Made by a program: the position numbers and the translations under genes. Shown piece by piece: positions 20,877 to 31,884 of a stretch of 32,000 bases of DNA; position 1 is the stretch's first letter; each line of letters begins with the position of its first letter. Origin of the DNA: Candidatus Pantoea edessiphila (GTDB taxonomy: Bacteria; Pseudomonadota; Gammaproteobacteria; Enterobacterales; Enterobacteriaceae); assembly GCF_002933345.1 (NCBI RefSeq), contig NZ_PDKR01000001.1, positions 149,986 through 181,985 of the forward strand. The letters are read 5' to 3'. Under the pieces are notes generated by a model. The model saw only the letters and a list, made by a program, of their open reading frames with translations, was not told where the DNA came from and made no database searches.

Positions 20877-22808
20877 ATGTTTCAGAATAATATACTACTT
20901 ATACAACTTAAAGAAAAATTAAGAGCAAAAAATAATTTTGTTGAAGGTATTGTTAGGAGTAAAGGAAAAGATTTTGGTTTCCTAGAAGTTAATTCTCAAA
21001 AAAGTTATCTTATTCCTAAGTCTCAAATGAAGAAAGTGATGCATGGTGATAGAATCATTGCTACTATAAAAAGCAATAAAGATCGAGAATTTGCTACTCC
21101 TGAAAAATTAGTTATACCTTATTTAAATCGCTTTGTAGGACGTATATACGCAAAAAACAATGTTATATTAATTATGCCAGATAATCCATGTTTAAAGGAA
21201 TTAATTCCTTGTAAAAACATAGAAAGTTTGAAATATAAATTTCAAAATGGTGATTGGGCAATAGCTAAGATGTGTGCACATCCATTAAAAGATAAATGTG
21301 GATTTCATGCTGAACTAATTGATTTTGTAATAAAATCTAACGATCATTATGCTCCTTGGTGGGTAACTTTATCTCGTTATAATCTTGAACGTAAACCTCC
21401 TACTGTTGATTTAATTGAAATGATAGATGAAAATTTAAATCGTAAGGATTTAGTTGATTTGGATTTTATTACAATTGATAGCATAAATACTGAAGATATG
21501 GACGATGCACTTTATATAGAAGAATTATCTGACGGAAATTTACATCTTATTATTGCCATCGCTGATCCCACTTCTTATGTATCAGAAGGTAGTGAATTAG
21601 ATACAATTGCTGCTCAGCGTTGTTTTACTAATTATTTGCCAGGGTTTAACATACCTATGTTACCACGTCAACTTTCTGATAATATCTGTTCTTTACGACC
21701 TAATTATAGACGTCCAGTGCTTGCTTGTAGTGTAATGATAACTAATGAAGGTAATTTGTTAAATATTAATTTTTTTGCTGCATGGATAAAATCCAAAGCT
21801 AAATTAGCTTATAATGAAGTTTCTGATTGGTTAGAAAATATTGGAACATGGAAGCCTACAGATGTTAAAATTGCTAATCAAATACTTCTTTTATACCGTT
21901 TATGCCTAATACGTATTAAATGGAGGCAAAATTATGCATTAGTATTTCAGGGTCGTCCAGATTATCGTTTTTTAATTGGAGATAAAGGTGAAGTATTAGA
22001 AGTCATTGCTGAACAACGCCGTATAGCTAATCATATTATTGAGGAAGCTATGGTTCTTGCTAATATATGTGCAGGTAAGATATTAAATGAAAGATTAGGA
22101 TTTGGTATTTATAATGTACATCTAGGTTTCGATTTAACTAATATTCAACAAGCTATTGCTATTTTAGCAGAACATAACATTATAGTTGACGCAAAAACTA
22201 TCACTACTTTAGATGGTTTTAGACTATTACGTCGTCAATTAGATGCTCAACCGACACAATTTCTTAACAATAGATTACGGCGTTTCCAAGCTTTTGCTGA
22301 AATAAGTAATAAACCAGGACCTCATTTTGGTTTAGGTCTTGAAAATTATGCTACTTGGACTTCCCCTATACGTAAATTTGGTGATATGATAAATCATAGA
22401 TTATTAAAAGCAATAATTATTGGCAATAAAATTTCATGTCCTGATAACTCATTAATTATAAAAATAAGTGAACGTAGAAGATTAAATCGTATAGCTGAAA
22501 GAGATATTAGTGATTGGTTATATGCTCGTTACTTATTGAAATTTGTTGGAACTAACCACAAGTTTATTACAGAAATTATTTATATTTCTAGAAAAGGTAT
22601 CAAAGTAAGATTATTAGATAATGGAGCTTTAGCTTTCATTCCTTTATCATCTATTCATTTAGTTCGTGATGAAATAATATGTAATTATGAAAATGGTACA
22701 TTGAATGTCAAAGATAAATTTTCATTTCGTGTTAGTGATATTATAGACACAACTATTACAAAAGTATGTGTAGATACGCGAACTATATTTGTGCGTCCAA
22801 TTATTTAA
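20877..22808 (+). CDS. rnb: Exoribonuclease II (RNase II)
   Basis: The product is 643 aa (E. coli about 644). MFQ.N.LL.QLK..L is followed by GFGFLEV..QKSY.IP..QMKKVMHGDRI.A (CSD domains). The RNB catalytic domain (ITIDS..TEDMDDAL) and a C-terminal S1 domain are present. Confidence 0.96.
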   Translation: MFQNNILLIQLKEKLRAKNNFVEGIVRSKGKDFGFLEVNSQKSYLIPKSQMKKVMHGDRIIATIKSNKDREFATPEKLVIPYLNRFVGRIYAKNNVILIMPDNPCLKELIPCKNIESLKYKFQNGDWAIAKMCAHPLKDKCGFHAELIDFVIKSNDHYAPWWVTLSRYNLERKPPTVDLIEMIDENLNRKDLVDLDFITIDSINTEDMDDALYIEELSDGNLHLIIAIADPTSYVSEGSELDTIAAQRCFTNYLPGFNIPMLPRQLSDNICSLRPNYRRPVLACSVMITNEGNLLNINFFAAWIKSKAKLAYNEVSDWLENIGTWKPTDVKIANQILLLYRLCLIRIKWRQNYALVFQGRPDYRFLIGDKGEVLEVIAEQRRIANHIIEEAMVLANICAGKILNERLGFGIYNVHLGFDLTNIQQAIAILAEHNIIVDAKTITTLDGFRLLRRQLDAQPTQFLNNRLRRFQAFAEISNKPGPHFGLGLENYATWTSPIRKFGDMINHRLLKAIIIGNKISCPDNSLIIKISERRRLNRIAERDISDWLYARYLLKFVGTNHKFITEIIYISRKGIKVRLLDNGALAFIPLSSIHLVRDEIICNYENGTLNVKDKFSFRVSDIIDTTITKVCVDTRTIFVRPII

Positions 22809-22878
22809 TAACATTATTGTATTATTAATAATTTTAATAATCTCAAGTTTATATATAGTAACTGAAAATTATTAATTA

Positions 22879-23589
22879 TTATTTTAAACTTTTTATAATT
22901 AATTTCAAGGTATTGATTGGATTTTTAGATTGAGTTATCGGTCTACCCACTACTATATAATCAGCTCCTGTTTTTTTTGCTTGTTGTGGAGTCATTACAC
23001 GACGTTGATCATTAGCATTAGTTCCTATTGGACGAATACCTGGTGTTACTAATATAAATTGTTCGCTAGTAATTTGCCTAAAACGTTGAACTTCATGAGC
23101 AGAACATACTACTCCATCTAAACCACATTCTTGCGTAACTATCGCTAGACGCTCTGCTTGCTCTGCTGGAGAAGAAAAAATACCTAAATTTTCTAAATCA
23201 TTTTTATCCATGCTGGTTAGTATAGTAACTGCAATTAAGAAAGGAGCTTCTTTTCCTAAGGGTAATAATGCTTTTTTTGCAGCGATCATCATACGTGTTC
23301 CACCACTAGCATGGACATTTATCATCCAAACACCAAGATCAGCAGCAGCAGCGACAGCATATGCAGTAGTATTTGGAATATCATGAAATTTCAGATCTAA
23401 AAAAATAGAAAAATTGCGTTTTTGAATATCTTTTATCAAAGAAGGACCGAATAATGTAAACATCTCCTGACCTATTTTTAAATGACAACTATTAGGATGG
23501 ATTTGATCAATTAACTGGAATGTATCCTTTAAATTATTAAAATTAAGGGCTACAATTAACATTTGCGATAAATCTTTTGATTTTATCAT
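22879..23589 (-). CDS. pyrF: Orotidine 5'-phosphate decarboxylase
   Basis: The product is 236 aa. [48 protein letters not shown], the TPGIR motif and VVGRPITQ match E. coli PyrF. Confidence 0.96.
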   Translation of the reverse strand: MIKSKDLSQMLIVALNFNNLKDTFQLIDQIHPNSCHLKIGQEMFTLFGPSLIKDIQKRNFSIFLDLKFHDIPNTTAYAVAAAADLGVWMINVHASGGTRMMIAAKKALLPLGKEAPFLIAVTILTSMDKNDLENLGIFSSPAEQAERLAIVTQECGLDGVVCSAHEVQRFRQITSEQFILVTPGIRPIGTNANDQRRVMTPQQAKKTGADYIVVGRPITQSKNPINTLKLIIKSLK

Positions 23590-24041
23590 ACTATTTTAAT
23601 TTTTTATGATTAAATTTATAATATTTAGAAACTAAAAATTCATATTATCCTAATAAATATTAGAATTTTATTGTAAAGAATTAAACATATAATATTTTAT
23701 ATACATATCTTTGAAAATTTAAGTTGTTTGAATAAATGGTAATAGACTATCATGATATAACTTTTAAGTAAAAATATTTTGGTTTTAATGATTTTTAATT
23801 AATTAAAAATGTATTTTTTCATTAATAGATATTATTATTTTTACATCTTTTTAGTTATGTAAATATACAAGCAATTAAGCAATAATGATGCGTTATCTCA
23901 AGTGTTAAAATTTATGTACTGATTGTCATTAATGTTATTAATTAAAGTTATATGAAATATAAAAATTTATTTTATATAAAATCAATAAAAAAACATTATA
24001 TACAGCTATATATTTTAGTATATATTTATTTAACAGGAGGT

Positions 24042-24791
24042 TCATTTATGAATCACTATTAGCTTATTAAATCTTATTAGCAGTATTGTTAAATTAATTA
24101 AAATCCATGCTAATACATTAGCTATTATTAGATCTTGTATCCAATGCATACCAAATAATAAACGGCTAGTCGCGATAAGACAAGCCCAAATAAATACGAT
24201 TAATATCGTTTTATAACATCGATATGGCCACAATAAATAAATTACTAATAATGCCCAACTAGTGGCGAATATAGTATGGCCTGATGGTAAAGAGAACCCA
24301 GTTTCATTAATCCAGTGTTTCTTTAGCCAAATAGGTAAATTTTTATTATTATTAGTTAAATTATTTACTATAATACTACGTTCTGTTTTTTTTAATTGAT
24401 AAAATTTATATCTATCTAAACTGTAATTATTTTCTAACCATATTATATAAGGACGAGGTTCTTTAATTGTTTCTTTAATAAAATTTTTAATCTGTTGCCC
24501 TGCAAAAATTGAAATATTAATTATAAAAAACAGCTTTATTGTAGTTTTTAGCTTATAATGTAATTTTCTAAGTATCAAACTGTTTAAAATGATATTAGTT
24601 AATACTATCCAAGGACTAGTAACTGTTTGCATTACGAAAAAAATCCATTTTAATTTTACATCACTTTTACAAGGATACCAATGCCATCCTAATAACCAAA
24701 ATGTTATTGGTATTATTAGTAATAATATAATCCCTAACGTAGTATACCTCAGAATCTTAAACAAAAATTTTTCCTTTAAAATAGGATACAA
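24042..24791 (-). CDS. pgpB: Phosphatidylglycerophosphatase B (PAP2 family lipid phosphatase)
   Basis: The 249-aa product is a polytopic membrane protein. It has the three PAP2 motifs K.....EPRP, PSGHT and SRLLFGMHW.QD, an N-terminal GW.W.P..., and ETGF..PSGH as in E. coli PgpB. Its position between pyrF and ribA is syntenic. Confidence 0.88.
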   Translation of the reverse strand: MYPILKEKFLFKILRYTTLGIILLLIIPITFWLLGWHWYPCKSDVKLKWIFFVMQTVTSPWIVLTNIILNSLILRKLHYKLKTTIKLFFIINISIFAGQQIKNFIKETIKEPRPYIIWLENNYSLDRYKFYQLKKTERSIIVNNLTNNNKNLPIWLKKHWINETGFSLPSGHTIFATSWALLVIYLLWPYRCYKTILIVFIWACLIATSRLLFGMHWIQDLIIANVLAWILINLTILLIRFNKLIVIHK

Positions 24792-24974
24792 TTAATTATA
24801 TTAACTTTAAAAAGTTAATATAATTCACTAAAATCAAATTTCTAATAAATTAATCATCTTAAATTAAAAATAAAATTTTATACCTTATAGAAAGTGGGAA
24901 ATTATATAAAATTAAGATACCATATAAATATTCATATTAATAGTGCATCTTCTAATGGTTTTTGGGAGAGTTAC

Positions 24975-25571
24975 ATGCAACTTAAAAAAGTAGCAGAGGC
25001 TATACTACCAACAATGTGGGGGGATTTTCTTATAGTAGGTTTTGAGGAATTAGCAACAGGTAATAATCATGTTGCATTAATATTTGGAGATATTAATAAT
25101 TCAAGAAGACCAGTGCTTGCTAGAATACATTCAGAGTGTCTAACTGGAGATGCACTTTTTAGTATTCGTTGTGATTGTGGTTTTCAGTTACAAGCAGCTT
25201 TAAGAACTATTGCAAAAGAAAATAGAGGTATCTTATTATACCATCGTCAAGAAGGACGAAATATTGGCTTATTGAATAAAATTCTTGCTTATGCATTGCA
25301 AGATAAAGGTTATGATACAGTAGAAGCTAATTATCACCTCGGTTTTAATGCAGACGAAAGAGATTTCACACTTTGTGCTGATATGCTGAAATTATTAGGT
25401 ATAAATGATATCAGATTACTAACCAATAATCCTAGAAAGGTAGAAATTTTGACAACATCTGGAATAAATATCGTTGAAAGAGTTCCTTTAGTTGTTGGTA
25501 GAAATTCTAAAAATGCATATTATCTTGATACAAAAGCAAAAAAAATGGGTCATTTAATACCTGAATCTTAA
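24975..25571 (+). CDS. ribA: GTP cyclohydrolase II
   Basis: The ORF opens at 24894, but homology starts at ATG 24975 ([27 protein letters not shown], compared with E. coli [29 protein letters not shown]). GGGAGAG at 24964-24970 lies upstream. The 198-aa product compares with about 196 aa in E. coli. The zinc-site motif HSECLTGDA......CDCG and [17 protein letters not shown] are present. Confidence 0.96.
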   Translation: MQLKKVAEAILPTMWGDFLIVGFEELATGNNHVALIFGDINNSRRPVLARIHSECLTGDALFSIRCDCGFQLQAALRTIAKENRGILLYHRQEGRNIGLLNKILAYALQDKGYDTVEANYHLGFNADERDFTLCADMLKLLGINDIRLLTNNPRKVEILTTSGINIVERVPLVVGRNSKNAYYLDTKAKKMGHLIPES

Positions 25572-25581
25572 GATTAAATCT

Positions 25582-26350
25582 TTAATTAATCATTTTTCTT
25601 ATTATATAATTTAAAATTATTCCATGGTAAAAATATTTTATTTCTTCATTTAGTTCTGAACCATTTATTTTAAGATTTTTCTAGTTAGATTAGAACGATG
25701 GATTTTTTCAAAAAAATCTGAAATTAATACTCTTACGCCTTGTAAATATGGTCTTTCTGCTGCCCAATCACGGTTAGAACCAGATACATATTCTTTACCA
25801 GCGATTAATATTAAAGGGGTTTTATATTTTTTATATTTCATCGCTGAATCCTAAATCGTTAGTTGTTTTCCATTCGGGAAATATTTAGTATATCATCCAT
25901 ATTATTAGATATTAAATAACATCCTATAGAGCTGTCTATATTAACAATACCAGCACGAGAAATAATTTAATGACCAAATATTGCTAATATTCTAATCATT
26001 TAAAATATTTTTTACTATTAAATTTGTTTCTTCTTTATTATTGTCAAAAAAATGGAGATGTACGAATATATTTAGATATTTTATTCTATTCATAGGTAGT
26101 ATTTTTATTTATTTGAATACTTTCCCAATCTTTACTTCCAAAAAATAATTTTGTATATTTTTTGAAAAATATTATATTTTTTTATTTGGTGAGTCATATA
26201 ATTAATTTCTTTATTAAATAGCCATATGTTTTTTAAAAATATATAATTACCATTAAAATTACTACCTATGGGATCCGTTTGTAAGTTAATATTAATTATT
26301 TTAGTTATTGCATAAGTTACCACTAAAGGTGGTGAAGCTAGACAATATAT
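25582..26350 (-). pseudogene. acnA: Aconitate hydratase A pseudogene (C-terminal third only, with frameshifts, in-frame stops and internal deletions)
   Basis: Hand translation of the minus strand gives four blocks in three different reading frames, interrupted by stops. The blocks are CLASPPLVVTYAITKIININLQTDPIG...YIFLKNIW, RILAIFGH*IISRAGIVNIDSSIGCYL, AMKYKKYKTPLILIAGKEYVSGSNRDWAAERPYLQGVRVLISDFFEKIHRSNL and YFYHGIILNYIIRKMIN*. All match the C-terminal part of E. coli AcnA, in the syntenic position convergent with ribA. Confidence 0.85.
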
Positions 26351-26544
26351 GGATTATAAAATAATTTATATTAATTTAATTTAAAATTAAATTAATTATA
26401 GATATAATCATTACTAATGACATTATTTGTAAAATAAAACAATAAATAATTGCAATAAATAAATTTATAAAAATAAGTTTTTTAATTATATAAAATATAA
26501 AATTTTTATCAATTTTCATCTATAATATTAATTAACTTTTTTAA

Positions 26545-26575
26545 AAATCGACATATAACTAGCTTTTATATGAAA
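26545..26575 (-). terminator. Perfect 13-bp hairpin downstream of cysB (candidate intrinsic terminator)
   Basis: The stem is ATAACTAGCTTTT(26545-26557)/AAAAGCTAGTTAT(26563-26575) with loop ATATG. It lies 88 nt after the cysB stop. On the minus strand it is followed by ATGTCGATTTTTAAAAAA. Confidence 0.5.
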
Positions 26576-26662
26576 AGCTAGTTATAGATACTATCTTTGA
26601 CTTGATGTTTATAGGCTATATATTAGTTTAATATTAAAAACAATCAATTTAAATAATTTAAA

Positions 26663-27685
<1,023 letters not shown>

Positions 27686-27824
27686 TTATTATCTTATAAA
27701 TTTTAAAAATAATATCTATTAGAAATAATGTTACAATTATATTGTATTTTAGATATAATCATAAAACTCATTTTTATATTCACTAATATAAAAACAATAT
27801 TCATGCTTATTTTTATTGAAGTAA

Positions 27825-30407
27825 TTAATTTTTGATTTCTTGCCATTTGCCTTTTGTATAAAAAGCAATCCAATTAGTTATTCTACCTCGTTTTTTAGAT
27901 ACTATATACTGCTGTTTTTTATTTTGATTATATCGTATTATGGTTTTATTACCATCTGGATCGGTACATGGTGCTTCAGCAAGATATTTCAAATTATTAG
28001 GTAAACGTTCACTAAAGCGTTTCAGTTCTTCAACTAAAGGAGATCTGGTTTCACGTGATTTAGGGAAAGTACTTGCTGAAAAAAATACTCCAGTAGAACT
28101 ATTACGTAATACAAAATAATCATTTGATTTTTCACAAAGTAATTCTGGAAACGGAACTGGATCTTCAGTAGGTGGAGCAATATTACCATCTTTTAAGATT
28201 TTACGAATATTTTTGCAATTAGTATTAGTACAACTAATATACTTACCAAAACGCCCTATTTTTAAGTCCATTCTAGAACTACATTTTTCACAACTTATTT
28301 CTAAATACTTGTTTCCCTCAATATAAAATCGACCTTTTTCTATTTTGTAGCCATCACAATTAGGATTATTACTACATATATAAATTTTATATTTACCATC
28401 AATAGTTATATAATTATCCATAATTATATTACACTTTAAACAATGTTTATGTATAATTAAATTATTATTTTTATCATAATCATGATTTAAATCATTGGTT
28501 AATTCATCTTCTAATATTAAATTAATAGTTTTTTTACAACGATTTTTTAAAGATAATGAATAGCCTGAGCATCCTAAGAAAACGCCAGTACTTCCAGTAC
28601 GAATACCCATCTTACGATTACAAACTGAACAATTAATTGACACTAATACCACATTATTTAGCTGCATACCTCCTTCTTGAGGTTCTTTTTCCGCTTTATT
28701 TAGTTGTTTAATAAAATTATTAAAAAATACATCTAATACTGTTTTCCATTTTGCTTGATTACTAGCAATTTTATCAAGAACATTTTCCATTTGAGCAGTA
28801 AAATTATAATTCATCAATTCACTAAAATTTTTTTCTAAACAATCGGTAACAATTTCTCCTATCTTTTTTATATATAAACGACGATTTTTAGTACGTATAT
28901 ATCCTCGATCTTGAATAGTGGAAATAATAGAAGAATAAGTAGAAGGACGACCTATTCCTAGTTTTTCTAATTCCTTAACCAAAGATGCCTCATTAAAATG
29001 AGATAAAGGTTGGGTAAAATGTTGACTTGGAATTAATTTTTTAAGATAGAGAACATCACCAATATTAATATCAGGTAGTATATGATTTTCATGCTTTTTA
29101 TTTTGTAAAATTTTAACCCAACCATCAAAATATAAAATTCTTGTTCTATATTTTAATTTATATTTACCAGCTATTGCTATTAATGTTATCGATTCATATT
29201 GTGCTGGTAGCATTTGAGACGCAACAAACTGAGACCATATTAATTGGTATAATTTTTTTGTATCTAGTTCCATTCCTTCTAAATTTTCTGCTAACAATGT
29301 AACATTAGAAGGTCTAATTGCTTCATGAGCTTCTTGAGAGTTTTTTTTATTTAAATAATTAATTGGGTCTTTTGGAATATATTTATTACTAAACTGTTTT
29401 TTAATATAGAGACGAACAGCATCTATAGCTTCTTGACTTATATACGTTGAGTCAGTACGCATGTAGGTAATATAACCAGCTTCATATAAATGTTGAGCAA
29501 TAAACATTGTTTTTTTACAACTAAAACCTAAATGTATATTAGCCGCTTGCTGTAATGTCGAAGTGATGTAAGGAGCATTAGGTTTAACATTAATTATTTT
29601 TTTTTGATATTTGCTAATTTTATAAGATAATTTATTTAATAAATTAATATGATTATGGATATCTTTATTATTAGAATCAAAAACATTATCATTAAAATGA
29701 GTTACTTCCATTTCAAGATCTTCATCCTTAAAAGTTTTAAAATTAGCTTTTAATTTCCAATATTCTTTGGGAATAAATGTTTTAATCTTGCGTTCTCTTT
29801 CTACTATTAGCTTAACAGCTACAGATTGAACTCTACCTGCAGATAGTCCTCGAGCAATTTTTTTCCATAATAAAGGAGAAACCATATAACCTACAACTCG
29901 ATCCATAAAACGACGTGCTTGCTGAGCATTAACTCTATTAATGTTTAATTGAACAGGTTGTTTGAAAGCTTGTAGAATTTTATTCTTTGTAATTTCATTA
30001 AATATTATACGACTGAAGCGATTATTATTTCCACCAATAACCTCTTGTAAATGCCAAGCAATAGCTTCTCCTTCTCTATCAAGATCAGTAGCAATATAAA
30101 TATGATCTGCTTTTTCAGCTAGTGTTCTTATTTCTGAAACTATTTTTTCTTTGCCAGGAATAATTTGATAATTCGCTTCCCAATCATTATAAGGATTAAC
30201 TCCCATACGTTTTATAATAGTTGTTTGACGATCTATTTTTGTTTTTATGTTTTTACTTATAATATCTTTATTAATAACAAAAACATTACTTTTTTGTAAA
30301 TCTCTAATATGACCTACACTGGATTTCACTACATAGTCATTACTAAGATATTTATTAATTGTTCTGGCTTTTGCTGGTGACTCAACAATAACAAGTGTTT
30401 TACCCAT
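27825..30407 (-). CDS. topA: DNA topoisomerase I (type IA)
   Basis: The product is 860 aa (E. coli about 865). It starts with the Toprim N-terminus [18 protein letters not shown] and has [12 protein letters not shown]. The active-site region is [10 protein letters not shown]. Three C-terminal tetracysteine zinc-ribbon motifs are followed by the zinc-ribbon-like tail. Confidence 0.97.
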   Translation of the reverse strand: MGKTLVIVESPAKARTINKYLSNDYVVKSSVGHIRDLQKSNVFVINKDIISKNIKTKIDRQTTIIKRMGVNPYNDWEANYQIIPGKEKIVSEIRTLAEKADHIYIATDLDREGEAIAWHLQEVIGGNNNRFSRIIFNEITKNKILQAFKQPVQLNINRVNAQQARRFMDRVVGYMVSPLLWKKIARGLSAGRVQSVAVKLIVERERKIKTFIPKEYWKLKANFKTFKDEDLEMEVTHFNDNVFDSNNKDIHNHINLLNKLSYKISKYQKKIINVKPNAPYITSTLQQAANIHLGFSCKKTMFIAQHLYEAGYITYMRTDSTYISQEAIDAVRLYIKKQFSNKYIPKDPINYLNKKNSQEAHEAIRPSNVTLLAENLEGMELDTKKLYQLIWSQFVASQMLPAQYESITLIAIAGKYKLKYRTRILYFDGWVKILQNKKHENHILPDINIGDVLYLKKLIPSQHFTQPLSHFNEASLVKELEKLGIGRPSTYSSIISTIQDRGYIRTKNRRLYIKKIGEIVTDCLEKNFSELMNYNFTAQMENVLDKIASNQAKWKTVLDVFFNNFIKQLNKAEKEPQEGGMQLNNVVLVSINCSVCNRKMGIRTGSTGVFLGCSGYSLSLKNRCKKTINLILEDELTNDLNHDYDKNNNLIIHKHCLKCNIIMDNYITIDGKYKIYICSNNPNCDGYKIEKGRFYIEGNKYLEISCEKCSSRMDLKIGRFGKYISCTNTNCKNIRKILKDGNIAPPTEDPVPFPELLCEKSNDYFVLRNSSTGVFFSASTFPKSRETRSPLVEELKRFSERLPNNLKYLAEAPCTDPDGNKTIIRYNQNKKQQYIVSKKRGRITNWIAFYTKGKWQEIKN

Positions 30408-30855
30408 GTTTACTAATACCTAAATTTATTTTTATTAAAGAGTTGGATGCTTTCAATATTTGTTTTACACTATTAAATTTCAATTAAAATAATATTTAGT
30501 ATAAATTAGTTTAAAAAATTATTATATAATGAGTCTAAATGTCTAGTTTATATATTAAAAATATAGATAACTATTTATAGAAGATTATAATTACATATTT
30601 AATAATTTATCCTAAATTTTTTTAGGACGATTTTAATAATAAAAATTTTTTAATTTTAAGTTAATTCTTATAAATAAGAAGTATAAATATAAAATCTCGT
30701 TAATTTTATGGATAAATTTATTATTTAGTCTGAAGTTAATTCATTTGTAAAACTTAAATTTAGGTATATTTGAAATATTTACAATGATAATACACTATAT
30801 TGGTTATAAAACTAAAACACTATTAGTAGAAGGATATAAATAAATTGTTAAGCAA

Positions 30856-31884
30856 TTATTTTTTTATATACTTAAAAAAATAGGAATCCTTTAAGATAGA
30901 CGTCTCATCCATTAAAATATCAAATATTTTACTCCTTCTTTTTATATATCTTATGCTTATTACGTTAAAATCATCCATACTGTTAATGATAAAATCATCG
31001 CTAGTTCCTATTTCATCAATTAAACCCATTGATAAAGCATCATGCCCATACCAATATTCTCCTGTTGATATATTATCAATGTTTACTATTGGACGCATTT
31101 TATAAACAAAATTTTTAAATAATGAATGTGTTTTATTTAGTTCTTCTTTAAATTTTTCACGTCCTTCTTCAGTATTTTCTCCAAATAATGTTAAAGTACG
31201 TTTATATTGTCCTGCAGTATGCATCTCTATATCAATGTTATTTTGTTTTAATAAACGATTAAAATTAGGAATTTGGGCTACAACGCCCACTGAACCTAAT
31301 ACCGAAAATGGCGTTGCTATAATATGATTAGCTACGCAGGCCATCATATATCCTCCGCTAGCTGCTACTTTATCTACGGCTACAGTAATATGCAAACCTC
31401 TATCCCTCATTCGTTGTATTTGAGAAGCTGCCAATCCGTAACCATGAACTACTCCACCAGAGCTTTCTAAACGTATTAAAACTTTATCATTAACTTGATT
31501 AACTGCTAAAATAGCAGATACTTCCTTTCTTAATGAATCTACTTCTTTAGCGCTAATACTTCCTTTAAAATCAATAACATATAATGTGTTTTTTTCTTGT
31601 AATTCACCATTTTTTATAGCTGTTTTTTCTAATTTAAATTGTTTCTTTTTTTCTTTTTTTTTTTTTTTTAACCAATTTTTTTTCGCTTGTGATGAGATTT
31701 TAGATAGTTGTAAATCTCTTTTCATTTGAGAGTAATCTTTGTTTAAATTCTTAATATGAAATCGACCACCTTGATTTTTTCTTCTTAAAGTTCCGCTTAT
31801 AAAAATTAGAGCAACAGCAAAAATTAAAATTATTGCTGTTGCAAACTTTGTTAAAAAAAGTCCATAATTTAATAAAAAATTCAT
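30856..31884 (-). CDS. sohB: Inner-membrane peptidase SohB (S49 family, SppA-like)
   Basis: The product is 342 aa (E. coli about 349). An N-terminal transmembrane helix is followed by a Lys-rich linker. The S49 core then matches E. coli SohB: RLESPGG.VHGYGLAASQ.QR.R, VAVDKVAASGGYMMACVA, G.VGVVAQ.PNFNR.LK...ID.E.HTAGQYKRTLTL.GENTEEGREKF.EELN.TH.LFK.FV...RP. Confidence 0.93.
   Translation of the reverse strand: MNFLLNYGLFLTKFATAIILIFAVALIFISGTLRRKNQGGRFHIKNLNKDYSQMKRDLQLSKISSQAKKNWLKKKKKEKKKQFKLEKTAIKNGELQEKNTLYVIDFKGSISAKEVDSLRKEVSAILAVNQVNDKVLIRLESSGGVVHGYGLAASQIQRMRDRGLHITVAVDKVAASGGYMMACVANHIIATPFSVLGSVGVVAQIPNFNRLLKQNNIDIEMHTAGQYKRTLTLFGENTEEGREKFKEELNKTHSLFKNFVYKMRPIVNIDNISTGEYWYGHDALSMGLIDEIGTSDDFIINSMDDFNVISIRYIKRRSKIFDILMDETSILKDSYFFKYIKK
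31654..31669 (-). repeat. A16 homopolymer (T16 on the + strand) inside the sohB coding sequence
   Basis: Direct count: 16 consecutive T at 31654-31669. On the coding strand the sequence reads TGG TTA AAA AAA AAA AAA AAA GAA AAA AAG AAA, which is W L K K K K K E K K K. The frame is intact as sequenced. It is by far the longest homopolymer I found in the window; the others reach at most 9. Confidence 0.95.

Noticed and set aside
24035-24062. Perfect AGGAGG (24035-24040) followed 7 nt later by ATG and a 4-codon mini-ORF (MNHY*) on the + strand, antisense to the 3' end of pgpB
   Set aside because: It is too short to assess. It overlaps the pgpB stop region and has no downstream gene on that strand that it could regulate. 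I treat it as coincidence unless ribosome profiling says otherwise.
26132-26323. 63-aa ORF as an independent small gene
   Set aside because: Its translation (VTYAITKIININLQTDPIG...FLKNIW) is an internal fragment of aconitase A. It belongs to the acnA pseudogene and is not a separate gene.
30610-30627. Hairpin TCCTAAA-TTTT-TTTAGGA in the sohB-topA spacer as a sohB terminator
   Set aside because: It has only a 7-bp stem with two G-C pairs, lies 230 nt downstream of the sohB stop, and has no clear U-tract on the minus strand. It cannot be distinguished from the many A/T palindromes in the spacers. An example is the A/T-only near-palindrome at 26371-26395, which I also dismissed as low complexity.
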